This document shows positions 51,788-64,000 of a DNA stretch of 64,000 nucleotides, in pieces. Source of the DNA: Lama glama (Eukaryota); NCBI GenBank assembly GCA_028534125.1, contig CM052832.1, positions 23,314,001 through 23,378,000 on the forward strand. The letters run 5' to 3'. The position numbers were made by a program, and so were the translations under genes. Position 1 is the first letter of the stretch, and the number at the start of each line of letters is the position of its first letter. The notes beneath the pieces are model-generated. The model was not told the origin of the DNA, searched no databases, and saw only the letters and a list, made by a program, of their open reading frames with translations.

Positions 51788-53409
51788 CTACATTTGTCTC
51801 TCATGAGACGTGGTTTTATAGCTAGGTGAGTCAGCTGTGGGGCTTTTTTATGCATAGGTCCTCAGGCCTCACCCTTGATGATTTGATCTAACAGTCTTTT
51901 TTTTTTTTCCTCTTAAATGGAGTTATATAGATAAGTGATGCCGGAAGACAGTGATATTAAAAATGAAGAAGTTTGGCTAATCGCTATTAACAGAAAAAAA
52001 GATTTGTCTTAGCAAGCAGAATGATTCTAATGAAATAAAACCTTCGGGTTAGAATAGCTCTTTAAAGATAATCTTGTCTGTAAGGATCTTTTCCCACCTC
52101 AATTTTCCAGTTAACATAGCAACTAAGTGCCAGTTCTAAGCTCTGCAGTGGAGATCAGGAAACAAACACGACAGGGTCTTTATGTTAAGCTGTTTAATCT
52201 AGTTGGTAGGAGGGGAGAGGTCAAAGATTAGAAGGAAAACGTAGGATGTACCTTAAGCCCTAAGAAAGCAGTTTGGCCAAGATAATATAGAAGCTCAAGA
52301 TGGAGTATTTACCTCTTTCTAGGGGCAGATAGGGAGCAAAGATCCAGTCAGTGAACCTTCACAGGAGGTAACAATTTGATCTGAGCCTTAAAGGATGAAC
52401 AGGAGAGCGAAAGAAAGAGTTGGAGAACAAAACTGGATTCCACCAAGGCCAATCTTAGCTTTGAAAAAAAATTCTAGAGAAGTGATCCTGGAGCCCATAC
52501 AGAGTTTGGAGGTAGGGGCCAGAGACAGCCCTGACGCTGGGCTTGCTTGTCCTTTGTTGCTGCTGTGTTTCTGCCAGCACTTTTTATCCTTTGTTATTAT
52601 TGGTAATATTTGTATGTAATGGAAAAAGTTAAATTTAACAGTATAATAAATAGGTTATGGTATCACTGATTTACAGCATTAGTTTACTTCTGTAGTTTCA
52701 CCTCTGGCTTAAAGAAATCCGTAGATACACTTAAGTCATTTCTATAAGCAACTCATGCAGTGGGAGGCACACTGTACTTCAGGTCTTGCTGCTTAACTAT
52801 CTGTAAGACACCGTCTTAACTACACAGATGCGTTTTCTTCATTTATAATTAGATAAACTGTCTTTGCTTTTTTTTTTTTTTTTTTTTTCTTTGTTTTGGT
52901 TTTTCCCTCATATGAGATCATGTATATGAAAGCAGTGCTGCACAGATACCTTTTTCTTTTTCCTTTTAATTACATTTTAACCACGTCCTGGTTTCAGAGT
53001 ACAGGTAAATCAGGTTTTGCAAGTGATACAGAGATGAATGGGGCAGGAAATCTTTAAGTGGCTGCTTTATGGCAGACACTCTTGTAGTTGCTAGGGACAG
53101 ATAGACCTAAAGTAAAAATAGGTGTCTCTTCTTATAGAGATAGTTAGCTATGCCCTTAAGAAACTTACAGTATAGTGGGAGAATAGATGTGTAAATACCT
53201 GCACTTTAATAAACGTAAGTATATTAAATGTTTTCTTTGATGCCTTACATGTATTTGGTCATTTGACCCTCACAAAAGTTCTGCAGATATGGTCATAGTT
53301 TGTCAAATCTGCAATGCCTATAAGGCATCATTTTAATGTAGATTGTGAAATGTACGCCAATATCTGAGATAAGGTGTGGAAGTGTTAGATTTAACAAAGT
53401 TGTCTGGTA

Positions 53410-53550
53410 TTATTACCTCCGTTTTACAGATGCAGAATCGGGCATAGGGAAGGATGAGTGATTTGCCTGAGAATGCAAAATTAGTCACTGGTGGAGTCAG
53501 GATTTGAACCAGGAAGTTTGGCTCTGAAAACCTGTGTTCTTATTCACTGC
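53410..53550 (-). mobile_element. MIR SINE
   Basis: attacctccgttttacagatgcagaatcgggcatagg...ggagtcaggatttgaaccagg is the MIR core. Other MIR-like remnants lie at ~3470-3600, 6810-6940, 9860-10050 and 10330-10460. Confidence 0.75.
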
Positions 53551-55452
53551 TTCACAATATCTCCTATAAAGTAGGGATAGATGAATTGTATGCCAAATAT
53601 TGTGGGACTGTGGATTAGTTGAACTGGTGATATTATGAAAGATTTGGAGGAGGTGATTGCTAAGTTGGGTTTAGAGTCATGAGTGAGATTTTCCTAAGTG
53701 GAGGAGGGGGAATGAAAGTAATGAAAATTTGAAAGTTCATGTAACATTTAAGTGGGAGTGGTTTGACGTGCCTTCTCAGCTCTCCCAGGGCCTCTTCATA
53801 CCTCCAGAATACCAGATTACCTCGTTTGGCTTAACTGCCAAATTTGTCCATAGAGATGCCTTGTGGTCCACAGTTACCTTTTCTTCCTATACCTAATCTC
53901 TTATTGTCTTGGCAGCTTAAGAGATTCTTAACACCTGCAAGTCTAAAGCACGTATGAGTCAGTTATCTGATTGCCTCCTTGCTCAGGATAAAACCCATAG
54001 GTAGGAGTTTCTACAGAGTGTAGTTATTTTACTACTTAGTTTTCACTGCCCGTGCTAGTACTACCAGGATGGCAAAAGATCCTTTACTGAATTCCAATCT
54101 ACATTTGTTACAGAAAACTTTATAACTGTTCACTAAAGATAAGTGAAATCCAGTATAAATGACATAACTTGTTATTATAGGGATTCGGATGTTTGGGTCC
54201 AGTCCTGTCTACCAGAATGTAAAGAAATAAGCGTGATGTGTCTCGGTTAGTTAACACAGGTGTCATTGAGCCTCGTATTGCTTTTATTCTATGTATCTAT
54301 TCTGTGTATCTGCCTTCCTTTTAAAGAAAACTTTAAAACTTGAGGCTTTACTTGTAGAAGCATGTTGGCCCTTTGACACTTGTTACATGTACTTTTTAGT
54401 AGTAGGTGAACTAGATAGGTTAGTTCCTGGCCAACAGACCATTACTGAGGTAATGCAGGGTGATACTAGACTTGTGTAAATACGTACAGTGGATGGCAGT
54501 GTAGCAAGAGGAAAGACAAACACTGAAATCCAATGAACTGCACTTAGAAATAGCCTGAGTCCACCTGACTCTAGAACAGGTACTTTAATTTTCTTTAAGT
54601 TCCACACAATATCCTTTATTTATTTATTATTTATTTTTTTCCACAATATCCTTTAAAAAAAAGAAAAAGATTGAATTTTGATGCTAATCAGAAATTAGGA
54701 ATATAAAACATTTGGAGAAATATTCTGTCAAAAGTGATTTGCGGTATTTTGGGTATGTAAGATGAGATTTTAATTATCTTGGGACATTTGCCTTATATAG
54801 GATATTTTTACCTTTGGGAATGTTTAATGAAGAATTAATGTTACTAATTTCATAGGTCTTGCTTGAGACAAAGTAACTATGAACTGTAATTTTTTAATCT
54901 ATTCATATGTATATACTTGGCTTTTATTTTGTTAGCTGTGAGTTAGCGTTTAAGAAAACAAGTTCTGGAGTCAGACTACCTATTTTAATCTCACTTCTTT
55001 ATTATATAAATTATGTGGCTGGAAGAAACCTCTCAGCCTTTATTTCCTCGTATATTTATAAATAGTTACTGAGCAGCTACTTTGCACCACGCACTGTTTT
55101 AGGACTCTGTGAACACAAGAAGGTCAAAAATCCTTGTTCTTGTGAAATTTACCTTTTAGTTGCAGAGACTGACAATAAATAACAAAAATATTAATACCTA
55201 TATTTTCTTCAAGATTAAGATGTAACGCATATAAAGTTTTCTATCTATACTGTGAAATAGATGTGGGCATCTTTTATTTTTAGTGTTTGATTATTGACCT
55301 CACATGACTAGTCTTGTGTTAGGATGAAATTAAGTTCGTTGAATGTATTAGTCATCTCAAAAATTGATACATTAATTTTCTCTAATATTGTTGAGGGATG
55401 AGAAGGATGGCAGTTAATCTTTCATTGGTGTGTGTACTTTTCTTTCCAACAG

Positions 55453-55588
55453 CCACCAAAAAAGACATCTAAAAGAGAAAAACCGAAACAGAAAGCCACT
55501 TCTAAAAGTAAAAAATCTGTAAAAAGTGCTAATGTTAAGAAGGCAGATAGTAGCACCACCAAGAAGAATCAAAACAGTTCCAAAAAAG
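55453..55588 (+). CDS. DEK: DEK exon 8 (136 nt; PPKKTSKREKPKQKATSKSKKSVKSANVKKADSSTTKKNQNSSKK)
   Basis: tttccaacag|CCA acceptor and AAG|GTATGT donor. Confidence 0.97.
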
Positions 55589-55915
55589 GTATGTTAGAAA
55601 TGGCATGTTTCCAACTATAACGATGTGATTTATATGCTGCAACATAGTGTTTAAGCGTTGTGGAGAATGGATCAGCTGTGAGGAACATTGTGGTGGGGGA
55701 GGTAGTATGCCAGTTTTTTATAATTTTCAACATTGACAAAAGTTCCATTGCATGTTTTATAGGTAATACAGAGTGGTGATTTATACTTTTAGTCTAATTC
55801 GCCTCTGAGAATCTGATGAATGCGTATAGAATTCTTCCTAATATGTCTTCAATATTAATTTACTTTGCTGTTTAAGAAAAACTTATTCCCATGTAATAAA
55901 ATATCTTTCTTTTAG

Positions 55916-56064
55916 AAAGTGAATCTGAGGATAGTTCAGATGATGAACCTTTAATTAAAAAATTGAAGAAACCTCCTACAGATGAAGAGTTGAAGGAAAC
56001 AGTGAAGAAGTTATTGGCCAGTGCTAACTTGGAGGAGGTCACCATGAAGCAGATTTGCAAAGAG
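55916..56064 (+). CDS. DEK: DEK exon 9 (149 nt; ESESEDSSDDEPLIKKLKKPPTDEELKETVKKLLASANLEEVTMKQICKE; start of DEK_C domain)
   Basis: ctttcttttag|AA acceptor and GAG|GTAATT donor. Confidence 0.97.
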
Positions 56065-57719
56065 GTAATTGACAAACGCTGAGATCATTTTGCTTTTATT
56101 TGAAAAATTCTTTCACCCATTCTTCAGTTGAAAGCTAGATATCTTATGTGCGTTCATTCATTGAACTACATGTCAGGTCTTCTTACAGGTACTGGGATAC
56201 CGCATTCAATAAAATAGTCAAAGCTTCTGCCCTATTGGAGTCATTTCATAAACAACACTGGAACATGTGCAGTGACTAATGTTAAAGTGATACATTCCAA
56301 AGTGTGTAGGAAATGCTCTTTTGCTGTTACAGAAGCTGTTTTTATTGATGCATCCCTAGATTATGTTAGTTTAAAAAAGCAGAATCTGATGAACCACCTT
56401 ATTTTCAGCGTTACTGTGATAAATGAGATGTTACAGATTAGGTTCTTAGATCAAGTTCTGTGGAGCTCTTCTGTTACTTCTCAGGAAATGATCTAGTTTG
56501 CATGATTCCATAGAGTTTCCATACTCTAGATCAAAATTGGAAGATTTTAGATTCCAGTTTCTTATAGAAAAATGGAATTAAAAATTGAAATGTACCAAAG
56601 GTGAAATACTCTTTCTTTTTAAAGACATTGACTATTGATTTATTTATTCATTCAGCATTTACTAAGCCTCTCCTGCATATCAGGCACTGTGACAGACATT
56701 AGAGGTAGAGTTGGAGAGGCCATGGCTTGGCTTTGGAGGCCTTGCGGTTTGGTCACTAGAGTACAGGGTGTGTGTGCTGTGAGAAGGGTAGAAGGTGCCA
56801 CCCCACCAAAGGACAAGAAGCATCTCCTTAGGACTTGGAGGAACCTGAAAAGGCATCTTGGAAGGGACTTAGAGCTTCAGCATTCATACAATTGTGGGAC
56901 ATTGACACATTCACATCAAATGTGACAAATACTGACTCTGAGGAATAGTTACTAGTTTAATTTGGCTGAAGACTAGAGTTGGAAGGAATTCTCCACAGAG
57001 GTTAAGAGAGAATACTAAAGAGTTTTGCCGATTTTATATACACCTTGTTACAGAGGTTTGATTTTCTCCCTGCAGCTAGTGGGGACTTGGAGGGCTGGTT
57101 AGGCTGTTGAGAGCTATTAGGCAAGGGCATAACACCATCAAATTTTTATTTTTTAAGAGGCATCCTAAGCATATGAAGGAGGACAGACCGGTGAAGAATG
57201 AGACGAGAGGCGAGGGAAGCCCAGTTTACGTCACAGTCGAAGTTAGAGGGTTGCAGTAATGCAGGTCTGAACTCGAGAGAGCCTGATAACAGGTTGCTTC
57301 TGTGGGTGTCAGGGTTTGGGTGTATTAATCATAATAGGGAATAAAACAAAAGATGTACTTTTTGAAGAAAAGGTGGGTTTTGTTCTAGACATTTTAAGAT
57401 GGGGTACTTGAAACGTGGGAGAAATTGTGAACGTTGTAATCTCCAAAGACACCTAGACTAGGACATTGTTGGGAGCTAAAACCAAAAGTACAGATGAGGT
57501 GTCCCAGGGAAGAAGAGAAAGGGGGAGGAAAGCAGAGGGCAGAGTCCTGGAGACCATTAACATCAAAGAGTTGAGAAGTAATTTCTACAAAACACAAGAC
57601 ATTGTAGAGTCAGTAGTAGAAGGAAGGCCAGAGAGAGGAGTGCTATAAAAGCTGGGTTAGGACTTTCAAGAAGGGGGGCAGGGAGGGGCTGCCAATTAAG
57701 AAAAGGTGATTCTCTTACA

Positions 57720-58400
57720 TAGGACAGTGGACAATGGCCACGGAAAGGCATTTCACAGAAAAGAAATAGAAATGACCCGTAAACATGAAAATATTTAACC
57801 TTCCCTACTAATAAGGAAGATAGAAAACTGAAAGGAAATACTTTGCTTATTAGCTTTAACAAAATCTTTACAAAGATTGGCAGTTTTCAAGGTTGGCAAG
57901 GGTATATAGGGAAGTGTACTTTCATCCTTTAAGTTGTAACAACTTTGGAGAATAATTAGGTAGTATGTTAAAATTTAAATTGCAGATACCTTTTAACCTA
58001 GCAATTCCGTTTCTAGGTCTCTGTCCTAAAGACATAGTCACATCTGCACAAAATGATTTCAGTAATGTTCAGCATGTCTATAATATTGAAAAATCAGAAA
58101 CAACCTAAATGGCCATAAACCAGTACATCCATATTTGGGGAATACTATGTAGCAGTTCAAAAGAACATGGAAAAACCTTCCAAGTATTGTCAGGTGTTTT
58201 AAATATACAGAAAACTATATTGCATTGATACATTTATACATTGGTGTATAAGCTCATTTTTAATGAGTTAATTTTGCTGTGTCTGGGATACACAGCAGAT
58301 TGATCACTGGTTTCCTCTGAAAGGAGAGGGGCGAGGGCAGACTGGAGGGAAAATTGAAGGGAGACTAGTTCTGTTCATTTGAATGACTTGTGAATACATT
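57720..58400 (+). mobile_element. Old L1M (L1ME-like) 3' remnant in DEK intron 9
   Basis: aggcatttcacagaaaagaaat...aacaactttggagaataatt...taacctagcaattccgtttctagg...aaacaacctaaatg. Confidence 0.65.
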
Positions 58401-59093
58401 TCTGTAGTTTTAAAGGGGGATTATTAATAACATGGAGAGGTCAAGTGAGAATAAGTTAAGGGTTTTTTGGACTTAGCAATTATGAGACAATTGTTCACTT
58501 AATAAGAGCAGTTTTGAAGGGTGGTAAATGCAAGGGTTATTTACCCTGGGACTGAGAATTATTGGTAAGGAGAGTGAATGGATTAAAGCTCCTGTTTTAG
58601 TAGCTAAATCTCGGGAATACAGGTTGATAAAGATTTTTTCCGAAGGGCAGGGAGGGAAAGCAGAAGCACGTGTTAGGCTAAGGGCTGGTGGTACAGGAGC
58701 CTCGAGGGGTGGGTCCTTGCAGAGCTAAGGAAGATGGGGACTGTTGATGAATCCGGGTGCAAGTGAACTGGAGGGCAAGAGATACGTCAGAGTTGAAGGA
58801 ATTCATAGCAGTGGCTTGACTGAGAACAGGAGTGGGACATTTGAATAGAGGGGTGAAATTGCCCCTGATGAGAATGCAAGGGGGATCTGAGGAGAAATCC
58901 TTGGGATTTCTGGGGAGGCTGTGACATTGATCACCATGGACTGGAAATGGGACCATTCTTCTCAAAGTTGCTATATTTTCCCACAGGGTTTAACATAGAA
59001 AAGCTGGTAATTAGACCAGTTCAGGGTTGGAGTTTTGCAGAGAAAGAACAAAGGGTAAACATTTAGAATAATGTAAATGATTGACCGTATTTG

Positions 59094-59275
59094 CAGCGGT
59101 TGGCAAACTACAGCCTGAGGGCCGTTATAACATAGCCGTAGCCATTCATGTAAGTATTGTCTGGCAGCGTTGACTCTGCACTGGCATAGTTGAATAGTCA
59201 TGACAGAAACTGTCGCTGGAAAAGCTGAAATAATTTACTGTCTAGCCTTTTACAGAAAACGTTTGCTGACTTTGA
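59094..59275. mobile_element. MER58A-like hAT MITE
   Basis: cagcggttggcaaactacagcc...aagctgaaataatttactgtctagccttttacagaaaacgtttgctgac. Confidence 0.75.
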
Positions 59276-59874
59276 ATTACATGATAGGAGTGAAACCAGC
59301 AAGATAGATACAGAAAGTCAGGACTAGCAGTCATTGTGAAGCCAGGCAGCAGTTATCAAGTTGGGAAATGTAGAGAGTAAAAAATTTCAGAGTAGAGGAC
59401 ACGATGGTATAACTGGGTCTCAGTGATAGAACTTCAGGAGGGAATTGAACAATGGACTGGGGCTGAAATTCGTTAAAGTTCAAGTTGAGGAAAGAAGTAG
59501 TGTCAGATAACGTAACAGAAGAACTAAGAGGGCATCTCTAAAAAACAGCTAACAAATAACCTACCGATGTAAAGTACATACTCCACTTAGCCAACGTCTG
59601 TCTACATGTTCTTCTCACCCATGTTTGTTGTTAATTCACTGACATTCCCACTTCATAAAACGTTGAAAGTGTTTGTATGCTAGTTTATTTTCTGCTCTAT
59701 ATACAGTATTATTAAAGCTACTCATTTGCTGTAGAATTCTACATGGTGGTTAGAGCATACAGTTAACATATGTAGCTATTTGTACACAGCACACATTTCT
59801 TCACTATCCAAAGATAGAGAATATTAGTGAAATTTTAAGTCTACTTTTAACATAGTTTTTCCTTTCCATTGTAG

Positions 59875-59943
59875 GTATATGAAAATTATCCTGCTTATGA
59901 CTTAACTGAAAGAAAAGAGTTCATAAAAACAACTGTTAAAGAG
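59875..59943 (+). CDS. DEK: DEK exon 10 (69 nt; VYENYPAYDLTERKEFIKTTVKE)
   Basis: ccattgtag|GTA acceptor and GAG|GTAAAA donor. Confidence 0.97.
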
Positions 59944-60409
59944 GTAAAATATATCCATCTTTTCCAACTTTAATCATTTTGGACATATAAGATGGAAGAA
60001 ATTGTGTATCAAATACTGCATATTTTTCAAAATAGTCATGTCACTAAATATCACATTTGAGGCTCAAATTTCCTCAAAAATAGATGGGGAGTTATTTTCA
60101 TTCCCATTTTAGAGCTTAAAAATAAAGTCTGAACATAAGTTGACAAAACCTGGCCTCAGAAGATGTGGGCTGTGTACATGGTGGCCAGGCGTCCCAAAGG
60201 GGCTCACACAACCACCGGAGCACGTTCCTGTCCACCAGTTAAAGGCGGGGGATGATCAACAGAGCTGTAGTCTTAACAGTGGTCCCATCTGATTTCCCAA
60301 GGTCACAGTAGTAAAATAGAAGTTAAAAAATAAAGTAAGGTCTTGATTTATGTATACCAAATATTATGTATGTTGGGTATGAGGAAATAATGTTTCTCTT
60401 TCATTACAG

Positions 60410-60421
60410 CTGATTTCTTGA
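60410..60421 (+). CDS. DEK: DEK exon 11 coding part (LIS*)
   Basis: ctttcattacag|CTG ATT TCT TGA. Exon lengths 151+102+110+95+121+189+136+149+69+12 sum to 1134 nt, or 377 aa plus stop. Confidence 0.96.
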   Translation: MIS

Positions 60422-61990
60422 GAAAGAGTACAGAGACAGGTGACCTGTACCCATGGATTTAAAGCTCTGATTTATACCATACCAGCAAAAGAGAATGTAT
60501 TTCCTTTTCTAAATCCTTGCAAGCGTTGTGTTGATAGAACTTAACCTTTTTATCTTGAGTGTTAACGTAAATTTGAGTTTGCTGTTTTAAATTGCATTTC
60601 TATGCAGTTTTTAGTTTAAATTTTTGCATGGCAGTAATTGTTCCTTGCTTTTATAGTTGTATTTTGTACATTTTGGATTTCTTTATATAAGGTTCTAGAT
60701 TCTTGAACTGTTGTAGTTTTTAGCGTGTGCTCAATATTAGCTTAAGACATACTTTTAACCAAGTAGAACAGAAACTATTCTAACTGGTGTTTAAACATGC
60801 GGAGACTCTTGCAGTATTTAGTATATGAAATATTTTGAATACACATCTGTCAGTGTGGAAACTCAGTGGCAGTGTGTTCATCATATTAAAAATATACGAG
60901 CTTCAGCTGTCCAGATGATGAAATTGGAACTTTTCTCCTGCATGTGTATATATGTCAAATTGTCAGCATGACAAGAGTCGACAGATGTTATTTTTGTATT
61001 TTTAAAAACAAATTTGTTGTATATAAAGTTTTTTTATTTCTTTTGTGCAGATCAATTTTTAAACTCATATAAGTAGGTACCTTTACAGTTATAAATGTAT
61101 GAAATGTCAGTGTTCAGCCAGATGGTGTGACGGAGCAGCGGAAGTCAGAGTCCAGTGAAGAAAATATTGACGGAACAGGTAGTTCTCTGCTTTGCCTCGA
61201 AGTGTCGTCAGTTTGTAGTGTTAGTGTTAACCCTGCAGCAGTGCCTGTAGATACGTTTTCTATCAAGGACAGACCAAAATCCACACATCAAAACTTCAAA
61301 AATTGGGGGAAGAGTGGGGTTAAGTATAAGCACATTTGGCTTATAGTAAGTGAACTGATTTTTATTAACTGCTTCTGCCCATATAAAATGCCATTCTGTA
61401 CAGGAAGCCTGGCCACTTTTATAATTATGGTAAAATTTGTAATGCCAGAAGAAGAGAATGTGTAGGGAATAGTGGGTATCTCTGACAAAGTATTTCTCAA
61501 AAGTGGTAACAGACTAATTTTTAACATTAAAGAAATTTAATGTATTTGTGGAATCAGGGGTGTTATGTTTTAAATTTTGGCCAATCAGGATTCTAGATGA
61601 TCAGTATGTGGACCACTCTTGATGAGACTAATTTTGTCTTTTAAATTGAGTGTCTTAATCAGTTTATTAAGTAATCTCTGAATTTTAAAACATGCTGCTT
61701 ACGCAAGAATTGGGCCTTTGGTAAACCATTGAGTGTTTAAAATACCTTTGCATCATAGAACAGAAATATATAAAAATGATATATGCTGACTGTTAATAGG
61801 TATTTTCACATGTTTGACTTTTGACTTGTTTCTTGATAAAGTTACTAGGACATTAGAGAAAGGTATACTTAATACAAATGAATGGAATAAACAACTAAAT
61901 GAGACTTAAGAATTGGCCTTTTGTTTTAAATATTTAATTTGTTCCTCTCAACCTTGTCAATAAAAATAATAAAAAATGCCTTTTTCTCTT
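60422..61990 (+). other. DEK: DEK 3' UTR (end approximate)
   Basis: AU-rich sequence with no obvious repeats after the stop codon, ending near clustered AATAAA signals. Confidence 0.8.
61959..61973 (+). terminator. DEK: DEK polyadenylation signals (AATAAA at 61959-61964 and 61968-61973; another at 61886-61891)
   Basis: Tandem AATAAA hexamers followed by a U/GU-rich downstream element (ttttctctttgcgtttgatgtc). Confidence 0.75.
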
Positions 61991-62304
61991 TGCGTTTGAT
62001 GTCTTAATCTATATATTCAGAACAGATTTTTAAATAGATTTAGCTGGTAGCCTGTATCATTTGGGGTGCTCTTCAGTGGTAACTGACCGTTACCTGGAAT
62101 AAATTATAAAGAAATCAGTAGAGTGAGCTCACAAAACCAAGTTCATCAAGGTCAGCAAGGTTCTTACTGACTTGAAAGGGGATACACCATGATGCCTGTG
62201 ACCTAAGACTTTCTAAAGAGGGCTTGGAGGTTGTGGAGGGTTGAGCTGGCGTGGGTGGAAGTTCATGGGGAGTGTGCCTTCATCACTGCAATGCACAGTA
62301 TATT

Positions 62305-64000
62305 TGAAAAACAAGTCTAGTTTTTATTAAGCAGTTTTACACAGTTTTCACAGTCTGCAGTTAAAACATATTCACTGCCACTCAATTACAGAATCTTCAG
62401 ACAGCAGTGAAAAACTCAAAAGAAACTCAAGGAAAAAAAAAAGTACCATGGTTCCTTAAAGAACAAAATGTTAGGTGATGTCACTTGAGACAGGGAATGA
62501 GGATTTTAAATACACATTTACCATACTTTATTTAGTAGGTTCTCCCCTTGTTTGCTTATAGCACAGTACAAGTTTAAGTGCTCAGAGACTAAAGTAATAA
62601 CTTACTGTGAACCATTTCAACTTAGAATATTTTGCATTTATCACCTGACACATGCTATTTAAACATTTTAATACATAACACTTTAAAGCAGAATACGTCC
62701 CAATCAGTATCAGTGAGTCTCATCAAATGACCTAAATATCAACATTTTCCTATGTTAACTTTGAAACCATTATACTGCAGGTTGCTTTCTTTTGATTATT
62801 ATACTTTGGTGGGGAGGGAGGTGTGTCTAAGCTCTGTCTAAAGTTCCCCATGTTTCTTTGCATAAAGTACTATTTCTACTTATAACTTATTTTAAATTTT
62901 AAAAATACCTAATATTTTGGAAAATGGTTTTAAAGTCATTTTGAGTCCCTTTAAGCTGACCAATATATTGAAAGAATTGTTCAGACTTTTTAAAACAAAA
63001 GCACATAAATTATCCGTATTTCTAACCTGTAAACTGAAGTTTCTTGGCAAGATGAGTATCCTGAAGACCCTGACATCAGTGTTTATTTTAAATGAATTTT
63101 TTTGTCATGAGTGAAAAAAGGAAAAAGTATTTGCCATGTTCTCAGGCTTTCAAGATATGGCTTATTAAATGTGTAACATTTGCCAGGCTTTTTCTGGAGT
63201 TTTCCAGTGGACCTACATGTGGAATACTGAAAACATAATTCTATAAAAAATATTCCTAGAGACTGAATCAGTCATTTTAAAAAGACGCAGTGGGGAGAGG
63301 CTTTTATTAAATTATTCTGACAAGATCTTTTTGCTAGTGGTTGCCAAAATTAAGGCTATTTAAAGTGTGCCATCCGCCCAAACGTGGCTCTTAAAAACAG
63401 CCGTATTCTATGTCTCATCTATGTCTCAAGTATAAAGACCACACTATCTCTACCCCATTCTCAATGATAAATAACCTGTACTGTTGAAGGGACAGAATTT
63501 TGCTGTTTTGCCAATGAGGGCACAAGTCTAAAATGTTTTATTACAAGATACCTGAATTTCTTTTGAACACCCAATGGGAAGAAATATGTACAATATAAAA
63601 TAGTCTAGAAGTTTCATTTACCTTTGAAGAGTTTGCTTTATCCAAAAAAGGAAAGATTTCTATCTAAATTTTAAGTAAAAGCTCAATATTGGAGCTATAT
63701 AAAAATCTTAAGGCTCATTGGCAAAGACAGTGACGAGCTGTCATAGAAAAAAGTACATGGCTTTATCTGTGTAATGATTCCTGCTTGAGTGACTTGGTTT
63801 CTTAATGTGTGAAAATTGGTCAGCCAAAAAAAATTTGTCAGATTTCAAGGGAGTCTCCAACCATGGAAGAATCATATCCAAGGTCTTAATTTAAGGTTAT
63901 ATTCTGCCTTATTTTGAAATCTAGAAGATTTAACACTAGTCAGGCCTGTGGGAAATGCAGTTAAATATAAGTGCTTAGGAAAGGAGTCTTGGGCCTAGTG
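62305..64000 (-). other. KDM1B: Probable KDM1B 3' UTR, convergent with DEK; minus-strand AATAAA at 62323-62328
   Basis: TTTATT on the + strand inside AT-rich unique sequence. KDM1B lies tail-to-tail with DEK in mammals (synteny). No KDM1B coding sequence is visible in the window. Confidence 0.55.

Noticed and set aside
1..64000. CRISPR arrays, operons, rRNA, or a novel multi-gene system
   Set aside because: The window is eukaryotic intron-exon DNA. I saw no regularly spaced repeat-spacer array and no unexplained long ORF.

Overview
Mammalian genomic DNA, most likely a camelid (several Vic-1-like tRNA-derived SINEs and camelid-type L1 3' ends), with one 500-N assembly gap. The main feature is the complete DEK gene on the + strand: CpG-island promoter, non-coding exon 1, ten coding exons with GT-AG junctions giving a 1134-nt CDS (377 aa), and a ~1.5-kb 3' UTR. 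A second CpG island at ~22.0-22.8 kb carries a minus-strand splice donor and is probably the distal promoter and first exon of the divergent neighbour RNF144B. The last ~1.7 kb is probably the 3' UTR of the convergent neighbour KDM1B. Both neighbour calls rest on synteny, because no coding sequence for either is in the window. The rest is intronic or intergenic DNA rich in L1, L2, MIR, hAT and LTR remnants. I do not see a clearly new biological system. The best leads concern DEK regulation: a well-formed stop-containing (poison) exon candidate in intron 7, a second weaker one, an in-frame cryptic exon or recursive splice site in intron 2, and a CUG in strong context in frame with the DEK ATG. 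Repeat family names come from recalled consensus sequences and need RepeatMasker/Dfam confirmation.
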